A stretch of DNA of 51,477 nucleotides. Origin: Candidatus Berkelbacteria bacterium (GTDB taxonomy: Bacteria > Patescibacteriota > UBA1384 > XYA2-FULL-43-10 > CAINNR01). Shown here in pieces: positions 43,476 through 51,477 of the stretch; position 1 is the stretch's first letter; the number at the start of each line of letters is the position of its first letter. The DNA lies in contig JAPLVH010000014.1 of NCBI GenBank assembly GCA_026397205.1, positions 1 through 51,477 on the forward strand, in the 5' to 3' direction. Position numbers and translations under genes: made by a program. Below the pieces are notes generated by a model. The model saw nothing but the letters and a program-made list of their open reading frames with translations, was not told the origin of the DNA and made no database searches.

Positions 43476-45079
43476 CGGTCAAGATCGTAAATTGCCGCCG
43501 TTTGATCGCGGTAAATTGGCGAAGGCAAGCCACTCGAATCGGTGACGGCCGGAAAAATCAAATAACGAATTTGATATTGATTTCTGAGCGCCGAATAATT
43601 TTTCTCATCAATCAAATTGAAAATTGCCGCATCTTTTTCGCTGACACTCGTCGGCAGGCGTGAGATGTATCCGCCGACCAGCGGCTTTTGGTAAATTGTT
43701 TGGAAGTAAAGGGCAGATGTTGGCGTGTCAAGCAAATCAACGACGGCGCCGGCTGGAAGTTCGGCTAATTTTTGAACAAAATCCGGCGCGGCGGCTTTTG
43801 TCAGCGGCAGTTTCGCCGGCCAAAGCTCGACAAACATTAGGGCAAAAATCAAAAACAAAATTATCTTGCCGGAGATTTTTTTTGTTTGAATTTTCCCAAC
43901 AACGATCGCCAAAACCAACGACCCGGCAAGCATTGATATCACCATCATTCTGACCGGCGTGCCGCCAAGATTCAAAAACGGCAAAATTCTTGTCGCCAGC
44001 GAATACGGCAGCGGAATATCGCTGACAATTTTTCCGCCGATCTGTAACCGCGGACCGAAACTCAAAATACCAAAGATAAAAAATATCCACAACCAGAGCG
44101 CCAAATCACTACCACGAAATTTTTTGTAAGCGAAAATTGCCGCCAAAACCGCCAGCCAAATTATGATGCCGACCGAAACGCTTCCCTCAACAATCCCGAG
44201 CGGATTTTTCGTCCAGTAGCTTGCCGTTAGCGCAGCGAAGTGCCAAATCTGACCGGGAATTATCGCCGCCGGCAAATCCAGAGAAAACTCCAGCGCTTTG
44301 TGAACGCCAAGAAAAGTATCGCGCCAGTTGGCGAAAAAAATCAACAGCGACAGTGGCGCGACAATTAATGCCGACAAACCGACGAAAATCGCATAGTTTT
44401 TTTGGGCAAAATTTGACCACAGAAGTCGCCGCAAAACCAAAAGATAAATTATTATTATGCCAGCGACGATCAAGCAAAAAATCAAATAATATAAATCGGA
44501 AAATTCGACCAAAAAAAGCGTGACGGCAGAAAAAATCGCCAGCGGGATTGTCGGTTTTTTTAGCAGTCGCCAGAAACAGAGCAGAAAAAGCGGAATGAAT
44601 TCCAAGGTAATCAAATTCAGGTGGCCGATGGCGTGAGCGAAGTGGTAGCTGGAAAAGGTCAAGGCAAAACCGGCGAGAAGTCCGCCGATATACGATCGGG
44701 AGAACTCCCATGCGAGCCAAAATGTAAACAAACCGGTTAGAACGAAAGCCAAAATTACGATCAAATTATAACTTTGGACCAGTGAAAAAAATTTCAGCAG
44801 GATGACGGCAAAAATTCCGTTAATTGGATTTAAGGTCTGGGCCAAAAGCGTCGTACCGCCGGGAAAGTGGAGAAAGTTGGTGAAATAAATGTTTTGTTGA
44901 TGCTGAACGGCAAAATTCACCCACCAAAGATTCCAAACATTTTGCAAACCGTCGCCGGTGTCGGCAAAAAAAGCGCTGGAAAAGTGCGTCGTCCACGGCC
45001 AAGTGTAGAAAACAAAAAATGCCAGATAAAATAGTGCCGGCAGGATTCCAAAGAGAAAGATTTTTCGATATTTTTTCAT
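43472..45079 (-). CDS. polytopic membrane protein, possibly a GT-C-type glycosyltransferase
   Basis: 535 aa with more than 10 hydrophobic segments. The N-terminal loop (FFADTGDGLQNVWNLWW) and the architecture suggest this class. Not verified. Confidence 0.4.
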   Translation of the reverse strand: MKKYRKIFLFGILPALFYLAFFVFYTWPWTTHFSSAFFADTGDGLQNVWNLWWVNFAVQHQQNIYFTNFLHFPGGTTLLAQTLNPINGIFAVILLKFFSLVQSYNLIVILAFVLTGLFTFWLAWEFSRSYIGGLLAGFALTFSSYHFAHAIGHLNLITLEFIPLFLLCFWRLLKKPTIPLAIFSAVTLFLVEFSDLYYLIFCLIVAGIIIIYLLVLRRLLWSNFAQKNYAIFVGLSALIVAPLSLLIFFANWRDTFLGVHKALEFSLDLPAAIIPGQIWHFAALTASYWTKNPLGIVEGSVSVGIIIWLAVLAAIFAYKKFRGSDLALWLWIFFIFGILSFGPRLQIGGKIVSDIPLPYSLATRILPFLNLGGTPVRMMVISMLAGSLVLAIVVGKIQTKKISGKIILFLIFALMFVELWPAKLPLTKAAAPDFVQKLAELPAGAVVDLLDTPTSALYFQTIYQKPLVGGYISRLPTSVSEKDAAIFNLIDEKNYSALRNQYQIRYLIFPAVTDSSGLPSPIYRDQTAAIYDLDR

Positions 45080-45735
45080 CTTTTTTTCGGATGAAGCCGA
45101 AGTTCGTTTTTCTCAACAACAAAACGATATTTATCCATTTTGAACATCAAGCGACTTTCAACGACACTTTTTTGGATTTTGAATTGGACATTTTCAATAA
45201 AATCCCCGAACCAACCGTAGAAAAAAAGCTCGCCGATTTTTTGAATTGATGATAATTTTTTTGATGACTTGATCGGAAAGATTTTTTTGATTTGATTAAC
45301 ATTTTCCTGACTTTCAATTTTGACATCATAATCTTTCAGCCAGGAATTTTCGGCCAGGATTTGCTCGAAAATTCCGCCGCTGTCCCAAAGATTTATGATA
45401 TGGCGGTGAAAACCGGCGCAACGCCGGTCGTGCGGCAAAATGTCGAGTTTGTCGGACGGAAGTGAAAAATTGAGGCAGAATTTTCCGGCTGGATTTTTGT
45501 CATAAACTCGACGTTTATTGCCGGACAAAATCGCCAAAATTGTCACAAAAAAACGCGCCGTGTAAAGCCGCTTCGGGGCGCTGATGATCAAAAGATCAAT
45601 GTCGGATTTTTCGCTCGCCGCACCGGTCGTCATCGAGCCGGTCAAAATCACCGCCCGAACTCCGGGAGCAGTTTGAAGCGATCTGACAAACGATTCCATT
45701 TTTTTCAATCGGCGATCTAATAGTTCAACTTCCAT
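45076..45735 (-). CDS. nucleotidyltransferase-domain protein (Pol-beta superfamily)
   Basis: GSMTTGAASEKSDIDLLI (G[SG]..., D.D motif). There is a 4-nt overlap with the downstream membrane protein gene. Confidence 0.65.
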   Translation of the reverse strand: MEVELLDRRLKKMESFVRSLQTAPGVRAVILTGSMTTGAASEKSDIDLLIISAPKRLYTARFFVTILAILSGNKRRVYDKNPAGKFCLNFSLPSDKLDILPHDRRCAGFHRHIINLWDSGGIFEQILAENSWLKDYDVKIESQENVNQIKKIFPIKSSKKLSSIQKIGELFFYGWFGDFIENVQFKIQKSVVESRLMFKMDKYRFVVEKNELRLHPKKR

Positions 45736-45765
45736 TATTTTAAACTTTTAGCTTTTCACTTTTAA

Positions 45766-47604
45766 CTATCCAGCTGGTGGCATAGCCGCCACTGGATCCG
45801 CCGGCGGTCCAACCTGCCACTGCTCCGGCAAGGCAACATAATGCGAAAGAAAATCGGTTGACTGTAAGATTGTGCCACTCAAAATAACCTGGTAGTGAAA
45901 TTTCGCCGAAGCACCTTGATGGGCGTGAGAAATTAAATTTCGCGTTCCCGCCGGCAGTGTCGGATCCAAGGTCTCAACCGGCGATGGCGGTTCGACATAA
46001 TCAAAACCGCTTGCCGCCCCGATCGTTATCTGCCGATCATCTTTAGTGCCATAAAATTCAAAAGTTAATTTTGTCCCGACGATGACCGACTGAATGAAAA
46101 TGTAACTCGAGTAGTTGTTGACAAATTTGAAATCCGGCGACGGATCGTAAATTGTTGCGTCCATGCCGATCGGCGGCTCATAATAGGAAACGCGATAAGA
46201 GTGATTTTGCCGCTCGGTAATTTTCATTCCGGCGTTAAGCGCCGCCCGAAAAAGTGTCGTCGAAACCTGACAGAGTCCGCCGCCGTAATCCGGCACGGTC
46301 TTGTTGTCTTTGATCACCAGCTCCGGCAAATATCCGGTTGAGGCGTTGATTTTGCCCAAATGCCCAAGTGTCGAAAACTCCTCGCCCGGTTTGAGCAAAG
46401 TTCCATTGATCGCTGTCGCGCCAACGCCGATGTTGTGAATCCGATTTGCCGGCGACTTGACAAAATTTGTCGTGCCACTGGCGACCAATTCGGTCAAGCC
46501 GTAAGATTTCAATTTTGTTGAATCAATTTCCGGCGCAATTTGATCAACTTTTAGAGTAATTAATGGTAGTTGTGTTTGATCAATCCGGTCGAGAATCGCC
46601 GCCGAAATTGTTGCTGTCGCCGCCTCACGATCCAACTTGGCGCCATTTTGCGACTGGTTGGAAACAGCAACCTGGCCGTTAACGACGGTCAAAACGGCGT
46701 TGCCGGCTGGTGTGTCAACCGCGGCGGCAAAACCGGCGACCTGCTTTTGGACTTGGTCGGGCAGAATATAAATCTCCAGCTCCTTGCCCTTCGGTCGCGA
46801 ACCGATCAACCCGGCAATCGAATCAACATCAAGTGTGAAATTTTTGCTGTTGGCGGCCAATGCCAAATTTCCCCCAGCCAAAATCCGGTTGGCGTCGACC
46901 AAACTTTTGTTGGCATTCTCCTCGGTAATCTGCGGCGGATATTTTTCGGTCTTAAAATCAACTTCCGCCATTTTGATTTTTGATCTTTGATCTTTGATTT
47001 CGTCAATCAAGTTTCCTTGATTGACGCGATTCCCTTCCTGCTTCTCGGTTGCTAATGTAAATTTCCCGCCACCGGCATACGCAAGCGAAAAATCCTTTTC
47101 CGGAATATCAATTCCGGCGGCAATCTCGGCAATTTTCGTCGCCAACTTATCGGCGCTAATGGAATAATCGGCGTCAACTTGATATTTGAACAACAAAGTT
47201 TTTGCCTGCTGATAAAAACTTATCAGCGGATTTTTCGCTCGGCCGACAGCAAAAACCATGTTGGCGGTTTCTTCAACATTATATTTCAAATCAATGTCGG
47301 AATTTTTTATTGTAAATGGCTTCGAATCGCCGGACTCCGGTTGATATTTTAGATTGATGTCAGCGGCTTCGGCTAACGATAATATCGGCGTCAAGATTTC
47401 TGTAACTTGTTCGTGACTTTTACCGCCGACATTTGCCGAGCCGACATAAATATTTCGATAAGTCGTTTTGCCGTAAGCCAAGGAATAAATTCCCAAAATT
47501 ATCAAAATAAAAACCAAAAAACTACCGACAAAAATTGTCGGCCATTTGATTTTCTTCCACAGGCGAATCCTTTTGGACTCTTGTTTTTCCTTTTTCTGCG
47601 CCAC
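45766..47604 (-). CDS. VanW-family protein with an N-terminal membrane anchor
   Basis: YGGGLCQVSTTLFRAALNAG...RQNHSYRVSYY is the VanW core. Confidence 0.8.
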   Translation of the reverse strand: MAQKKEKQESKRIRLWKKIKWPTIFVGSFLVFILIILGIYSLAYGKTTYRNIYVGSANVGGKSHEQVTEILTPILSLAEAADINLKYQPESGDSKPFTIKNSDIDLKYNVEETANMVFAVGRAKNPLISFYQQAKTLLFKYQVDADYSISADKLATKIAEIAAGIDIPEKDFSLAYAGGGKFTLATEKQEGNRVNQGNLIDEIKDQRSKIKMAEVDFKTEKYPPQITEENANKSLVDANRILAGGNLALAANSKNFTLDVDSIAGLIGSRPKGKELEIYILPDQVQKQVAGFAAAVDTPAGNAVLTVVNGQVAVSNQSQNGAKLDREAATATISAAILDRIDQTQLPLITLKVDQIAPEIDSTKLKSYGLTELVASGTTNFVKSPANRIHNIGVGATAINGTLLKPGEEFSTLGHLGKINASTGYLPELVIKDNKTVPDYGGGLCQVSTTLFRAALNAGMKITERQNHSYRVSYYEPPIGMDATIYDPSPDFKFVNNYSSYIFIQSVIVGTKLTFEFYGTKDDRQITIGAASGFDYVEPPSPVETLDPTLPAGTRNLISHAHQGASAKFHYQVILSGTILQSTDFLSHYVALPEQWQVGPPADPVAAMPPAG

Positions 47605-47625
47605 TATTTTTGGGTTATTGCGTCT

Positions 47626-47693
47626 GTCATCCCCGTGCAGACGGGAATCTACTTATAGTTACTATTTTGGATCCCCGTCTTCACGGGGATGAC
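47626..47693. repeat. composite palindromic element GTCATCCCCGTGCAGACGGGAATC ... GGATCCCCGTCTTCACGGGGATGAC
   Basis: Two CCCCGT/ACGGGG hairpins in inverted orientation. The outer ends GTCAT/ATGAC are complementary. Confidence 0.75.
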
Positions 47694-47745
47694 AAAGAGT
47701 ATGTCTACTATTATATTACCTTCACCACCACTCCCGCGCAAGGGG

Positions 47746-47774
47746 TTGACAATCGTCTATTTTTATGCTAAAAT
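47746..47774 (+). promoter_or_regulatory. consensus promoter TTGACA-17-TAAAAT
   Basis: Read directly. Confidence 0.7.
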
Positions 47775-47809
47775 GTTGAAGTAAATCCAGAACCGAAAGG
47801 GATGATCAA

Positions 47810-48160
47810 ATGGCGTCCGCTTCCAACACTGCGAACAATCATGAAGATCTGGAGGGCTACCCGCAGTACACCATTGACGACATCGTAGACCTCTTCGATG
47901 GACATCGAATTGGTCCCGGTTGGCCTGATGCTCCGTCAAGCAGGATCATTGAACAGCTCGTGGCGATAGGCGTCAGGCGTTGTGCCAGCTTGTATTACAC
48001 CTTGCTCGCGATGACATATGCCGGACAACTCGCACCTGAGGTAACAGCAGGCACGACACCGTACTTTGGCGCGGTGATGGTCGATCTAACGGAAGCCATC
48101 ACGCGACTCGGCGGGACTGTCATCCCGATGAAGGATGTCATCCTTCCCGAAGGGACATGA
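47810..48160 (+). CDS. hypothetical protein with atypical codon usage, orphan cassette
   Basis: Promoter at 47746..47774 and terminator at 48207..48241. Uses CTC/CTG, ATC, CAG, TAC and GAC codons. G+C is 33 of 60 in 47881..47940. Confidence 0.6.
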   Translation: MASASNTANNHEDLEGYPQYTIDDIVDLFDGHRIGPGWPDAPSSRIIEQLVAIGVRRCASLYYTLLAMTYAGQLAPEVTAGTTPYFGAVMVDLTEAITRLGGTVIPMKDVILPEGT

Positions 48161-48206
48161 CAACGCGAATCCTGAGGGGCGACTGGTAAGTTTTCACATC
48201 GACATT

Positions 48207-48241
48207 GCGACTCGGCTAACCCCCGAGTCGCTTTTCTTTTT
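48207..48241 (+). terminator. intrinsic terminator GCGACTCGG-CTAACCC-CCGAGTCGC + T-rich tract
   Basis: Perfect 9-bp stem. Confidence 0.8.
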
Positions 48242-48284
48242 GTTCGCTGTTAGCTGTTAGTTTGTTCGCCGTCCATTTGTGGCA

Positions 48285-48485
48285 TTAGTTCCCAAGAATC
48301 TGATTTAGTAGCTCTTTCGCCGTCTTTTCATCATCAAATTTCAATTTCAACTGGATTATATCCCCGACTTTCGCACCGGCCGGCAAAAAAGTTTTGGGTA
48401 ATTTTATTTCTTTGTTACCATAAACTAGAACGATCTCCTCGCCCTCGATTCTTTCAAAAGTTAGTTTCGATTCGTTATTCGTCAT
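48285..48485 (-). CDS. small DUF3006-like protein
   Basis: FERIEGEEIVLVY..KLPKTFLPAGAKVGDII matches the DUF3006 pattern as I remember it. Confidence 0.5.
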   Translation of the reverse strand: MTNNESKLTFERIEGEEIVLVYGNKEIKLPKTFLPAGAKVGDIIQLKLKFDDEKTAKELLNQILGN

Positions 48486-48504
48486 TAGCCATTTGGACTA
48501 TTCG

Positions 48505-50145
48505 TCATCCATTCCTGACGAGAGCTTTAAACCACCGACTCTGTAATATCAAATAAGCGATGAAAACAATTGTGATTATGAGCAAAACCAAAAGCCTGAC
48601 TCGAAGTTGATATTCGCTCTGAACAAATGGGATTAGCAAGATTGCGACGATGGTAAAAAGTTCGGCTATTTTGATTTTGTCCGAGAAAATCGCGGCGATT
48701 ATTCCACCGACGGCAAATCCACCAAGCGCCAACGGTCCGAGAATTATTCCGACCGATATTGGTAAAGCAATTGTCATCGACAAAATTAAATTTTTGTTTT
48801 GCTTGTCATTGCGAGCGGAGTGAAACGGAGCGCGGCAATCTTTTTGATAGATTGCTTCGTTCCTCGCAATGACGAGAGAAGCAAGATAATAAAATCCGCC
48901 GGCACCGAGCAAAAGTCCGGCTAAAAGATGCGGATCGGCAAGAGTCAAATTGGTCCCAACAATCTTTTGACTAAAAATTATTCCGAAACCGATAATTAGG
49001 CCGATCGAGCCAAATTGCCAAAAATTCTTGAACCGAACCGTGGCATGGTTTAGTTGGGAAAAATCAGAAATAGCAATTTCCGCCGTCTTGGCAATTGTTT
49101 TTTGCCCACTTTCAAAATCCAAATAGCTGTTTCGAACGAGAGAAATTAGGAAAATTGGGCTGGTAGAAATTAAGGCAATGGCAACTCCAAAATATCCTAC
49201 AAGAAAATATCCGAGCCAAATTGCTCCAGCCAAAATCAACGGCGCAATTATTTTGTCATTGCGAGGAGGCTTTGCGACGTGGCAATCTTTTTGATGGATT
49301 GTGTCGTTCCTCGCAATGACCAAAGTCAAAATTCCGGCGACGACACCGACGATAACGGTGAGAAAAATTCTCACGGATGGAATTTCAGCCGGAAGCAAAA
49401 ATCGGCTGGAAAAATATCCGGCGATGATTATCAGAATTGCGCTAATAGCCGAGATTTTAAACCAAAAAGTTTTTTGATTCCCGATTCTGGCTAGCAAGTT
49501 GGCGATAACGACGCTGATTGCGCCGGCGGCAAAAATTACTAAGGGAAATTGCAACACAAGATTATTTGCTGGATAAAAAATTTTGGCGATTAAAATTGCG
49601 ATGACTGGAAGCGAAATTAGCGACGATTCGAGCGCGCCGCTGGCGATGGCGATGATCGTCGCACCAAGCGCCAAAGCGACGAGAGGATAAAAATCGCTGA
49701 AAATTAAAGTTGTGCCGAGAACGGCAATAATTGTGATCGCAACTGGAAAAATTGCGACAAGAAGGCTGACGTTTCGGGAGATTTTTTTGGCGACATTTTC
49801 CTTCCCGGATTTGAGTAGTGCAACCGATCTGCCGGCGATAACTGATGTGAATCGCATCCAGAAAAAACTCGAAATGATGATGGAAATTACACCAACGACG
49901 AAAGAAATTGCTGCTTGCCAGCTGATTAAGTATAAAATTGCAACCGTGACGATTGCCAACAGCGGAGAAAGATCTTTAGCTGACTTCCAAACTTCGGCCG
50001 ACTTTGTTTTTTCAAAACTATTGGCGGCGTCCGAAAGATTTTTTGCCCCAGTCGACATTTTTTTTACCGACCGAAACTTCAAAATCCCTATTATCATCCC
50101 CACTGCTCCCAACCCAAAAAACGAAATGATTTCGATGTTGCGCAT
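48505..50145 (-). CDS. polytopic membrane protein (about 14 TM helices) carrying two in-frame palindromic-repeat insertions; faint resemblance to membrane pyrophosphatases
   Basis: 546 aa. The repeat-encoded peptides VIARNEAIYQKDCRAPFHSARND and VIARNDTIHQKDCHVAKPPRND lie between hydrophobic segments. Confidence 0.7.
   Translation of the reverse strand: MRNIEIISFFGLGAVGMIIGILKFRSVKKMSTGAKNLSDAANSFEKTKSAEVWKSAKDLSPLLAIVTVAILYLISWQAAISFVVGVISIIISSFFWMRFTSVIAGRSVALLKSGKENVAKKISRNVSLLVAIFPVAITIIAVLGTTLIFSDFYPLVALALGATIIAIASGALESSLISLPVIAILIAKIFYPANNLVLQFPLVIFAAGAISVVIANLLARIGNQKTFWFKISAISAILIIIAGYFSSRFLLPAEIPSVRIFLTVIVGVVAGILTLVIARNDTIHQKDCHVAKPPRNDKIIAPLILAGAIWLGYFLVGYFGVAIALISTSPIFLISLVRNSYLDFESGQKTIAKTAEIAISDFSQLNHATVRFKNFWQFGSIGLIIGFGIIFSQKIVGTNLTLADPHLLAGLLLGAGGFYYLASLVIARNEAIYQKDCRAPFHSARNDKQNKNLILSMTIALPISVGIILGPLALGGFAVGGIIAAIFSDKIKIAELFTIVAILLIPFVQSEYQLRVRLLVLLIITIVFIAYLILQSRWFKALVRNG
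48805..48873. repeat. complete 69-bp GTCATTGCGAG...CTCGCAATGAC palindromic element, in frame within a CDS
   Basis: Terminal inverted repeats GTCATTGCGAG/CTCGCAATGAC and internal GGCAATC/GATTGC. The length is divisible by 3. Confidence 0.85.
49255..49320. repeat. complete 66-bp GTCATTGCGAG...CTCGCAATGAC palindromic element, in frame within a CDS
   Basis: Same termini as the 48805 element. The length is divisible by 3. Confidence 0.85.
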
Positions 50146-50324
50146 AATTTCCTTCTATTTTTAATAGTCGTAAAAACTTCCACAGATCAATTGTCACTAA
50201 TAGACACTAATAAATCATCAAAGCAAGATTTGTGTTGATTAGTGTTGGTGGATCTGTGAGTGTTTATACTTCCTTTCTGTAATATCACCTGAATCGTAGC
50301 AGAAAAAAACTATTCCGAAAAGTA

Positions 50325-50353
50325 TTGACTTTTTTGATTTTTTTTGATATAAT
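50325..50353 (+). promoter_or_regulatory. consensus promoter TTGACT-17-TATAAT
   Basis: Read directly. Confidence 0.7.
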
Positions 50354-50400
50354 GTTTATGCACTCAAGCTGAGTGACACCCAGCCCAAGGAGGCGGACAA

Positions 50401-51237
50401 ATGACGTCCGGACGACTGCTGTTAGGACAACCTGCAGTACAGCTGTTCCTCGAGAAACTCGGCATCGAAGCGGATCCGTTCCGCGAACTTGACGAGTTCA
50501 AAGCGGCCTGCGAGCAGGCCAACCCAAGGTACAAGGGCGGGCGTGATCTGGTCCGCTTCCAGTTGGAAGCTGACGAGACCACCTGGCCCAGTGGCGTCAG
50601 GCAAGCCACCATGAACCTCGCCAACAAGCTCGGAATGACCCATGGCGAGACACCACTTATCGGCGAATGGGATCTGATCATCGCCCTCGGTGGTGCCCGG
50701 CGTTCGCCCCTGCACCGCGCCTGCTACGCGACGCAGTCGATCATTGAGAGCCGCGCAAGTGGCATGCTCGTGATCGCTGGCTCGACACGGAAACTCTACG
50801 ACCCCGAGCACCCGGAGATCATGAGCCCTGAGCAGAAGCAAGTGCAGGACTTCGCGCCTAACGCGATGACCGAGTACGATCTCTGCGTCGGCACCCAGTC
50901 GACGATCGAGAAGAAGTACGAGTGCTGGCCAGGGATTTCGATCACGACGATCTGTGAAGAGAACCCCCGATCCGGCAACGACGGCGTCATCGACAAGGTA
51001 ATGTCCGATCTCGGCAACGACCAACCGCTTCGTGTCGCCGCCGTCACGACCCGCATCTACGTCATCAGCCTCGAGCTGGACATGGCGCGGGCGGCCAAGC
51101 GTCACGGATGGCGTAACTTCGCCGCCGCTGGTCACGCCTCTGATCCCGAGATGGTCTTCAACCGGACCATCAGCACCTACCTGTCGGAATGTCTGACCAC
51201 CTGTCGCAAAGCGGCAATCGCCGCCGCCGAGGTCTGA
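50401..51237 (+). CDS. hypothetical protein with strongly atypical codon usage; possible DUF218/YdcF-like fold
   Basis: AAGGAGG lies 7 nt before the ATG. DLIIALGGARR...VIAGSTR...RVAAVTTRIYVISLELDMARA loosely recalls DUF218 motifs. G+C is 38 of 60 in 50461..50520. Terminator at 51270..51306. Confidence 0.65.
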   Translation: MTSGRLLLGQPAVQLFLEKLGIEADPFRELDEFKAACEQANPRYKGGRDLVRFQLEADETTWPSGVRQATMNLANKLGMTHGETPLIGEWDLIIALGGARRSPLHRACYATQSIIESRASGMLVIAGSTRKLYDPEHPEIMSPEQKQVQDFAPNAMTEYDLCVGTQSTIEKKYECWPGISITTICEENPRSGNDGVIDKVMSDLGNDQPLRVAAVTTRIYVISLELDMARAAKRHGWRNFAAAGHASDPEMVFNRTISTYLSECLTTCRKAAIAAAEV

Positions 51238-51269
51238 TCCGCTCCCGCATCACCCGACCCAAACCTAAA

Positions 51270-51306
51270 ACCGCCTCCCAGCGTATCGGGAGGCGGTGCT
51301 TTTTTT
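51270..51306 (+). terminator. intrinsic terminator ACCGCCTCCC-AGCGTATC-GGGAGGCGGT + T7
   Basis: Perfect 10-bp stem plus a T-run. Confidence 0.85.
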
Positions 51307-51318
51307 ATTTAGCTCAAC

Positions 51319-51477
51319 TTATTTCTGATCAGGAATTTTTTTTATGATAATATACCCATTACCCCCAAGATGACCCGGTTCGTAAAGTCGGTCTCTGTCG
51401 GAGTGCCTTTCAATCAGAATTTCACCATCACTCTCAAGTTTTGAAATTAATTCAGCAAAAGCTTTTGACACCTCACC
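51319..51477 (-). CDS. partial ORF (C-terminal 52 codons) running off the right window edge
   Basis: The reverse complement reads GEVSKAFAELISKLESDGEILIERHSDRDRLYEPGHLGGNGYIIIKKIPDQK*. Function unknown. Confidence 0.35.
   Translation of the reverse strand, partial: GEVSKAFAELISKLESDGEILIERHSDRDRLYEPGHLGGNGYIIIKKIPDQK

Noticed and set aside
50422-51135. 237-aa minus-strand ORF antisense to the 50401 gene (also 50364..50681 and 50796..51056).
   Set aside because: Long antisense ORFs are expected in GC-rich inserts. Only the plus-strand ORF has a promoter, an SD and a terminator.

Overview
This 51.5-kb window looks like a small-genome bacterium. I infer a CPR/Patescibacteria-like lineage from gene content only: Pol I split into two genes, an archaeal-type thymidylate synthase, a four-helix-bundle gene, extended ribosomal proteins and repeat-filled spacers. 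The standard genetic code fits.

Backbone, mostly on the minus strand: ppsA, recX, recA, a rodZ-like gene, ftsK, rnj, udg, pnp-rpsO, nrnA, lepB, holA, polA (two genes), tmk, thyA-like, groES/EL and a VanW gene. On the plus strand: rpsT, ychF, rpsF-ssb-rpsR and efp.

Between these lie about 20 single-gene orphan units. Most have their own near-consensus TTGACA-17-TAnnnT promoter, a GGAGG Shine-Dalgarno and an intrinsic terminator. There are also two toxin-antitoxin-like pairs (HicAB, and AbiEii plus a short partner). A tRNA-Ser is flanked by recombinase-like and homing-endonuclease-like genes.

Intergenic space holds at least 10 families of short palindromic or dispersed repeats, and several copies sit in frame inside proteins.

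Most notable observations:
- A promoter-hairpin-terminator unit with no ORF: a candidate ~60-nt C-rich, anti-SD small RNA at 43383..43475.
- Two 66/69-bp palindromic elements inserted in frame in a polytopic membrane protein.
- Unrelated orphan ORFs sharing duplicated promoter/leader (and in one pair terminator) modules.
- Three ORFs with atypical codon usage under native-looking signals.
- An orphan gene interrupted by one in-frame TAG.
- Perfect 32-bp and 44-bp palindromes.
- A synonymous-diverged relic of the rnj 3' end.
- A frameshifted pyrC.

No CRISPR array, rRNA or transposase was seen. All functional calls rest on motif reading and memory of protein families, not on searches.
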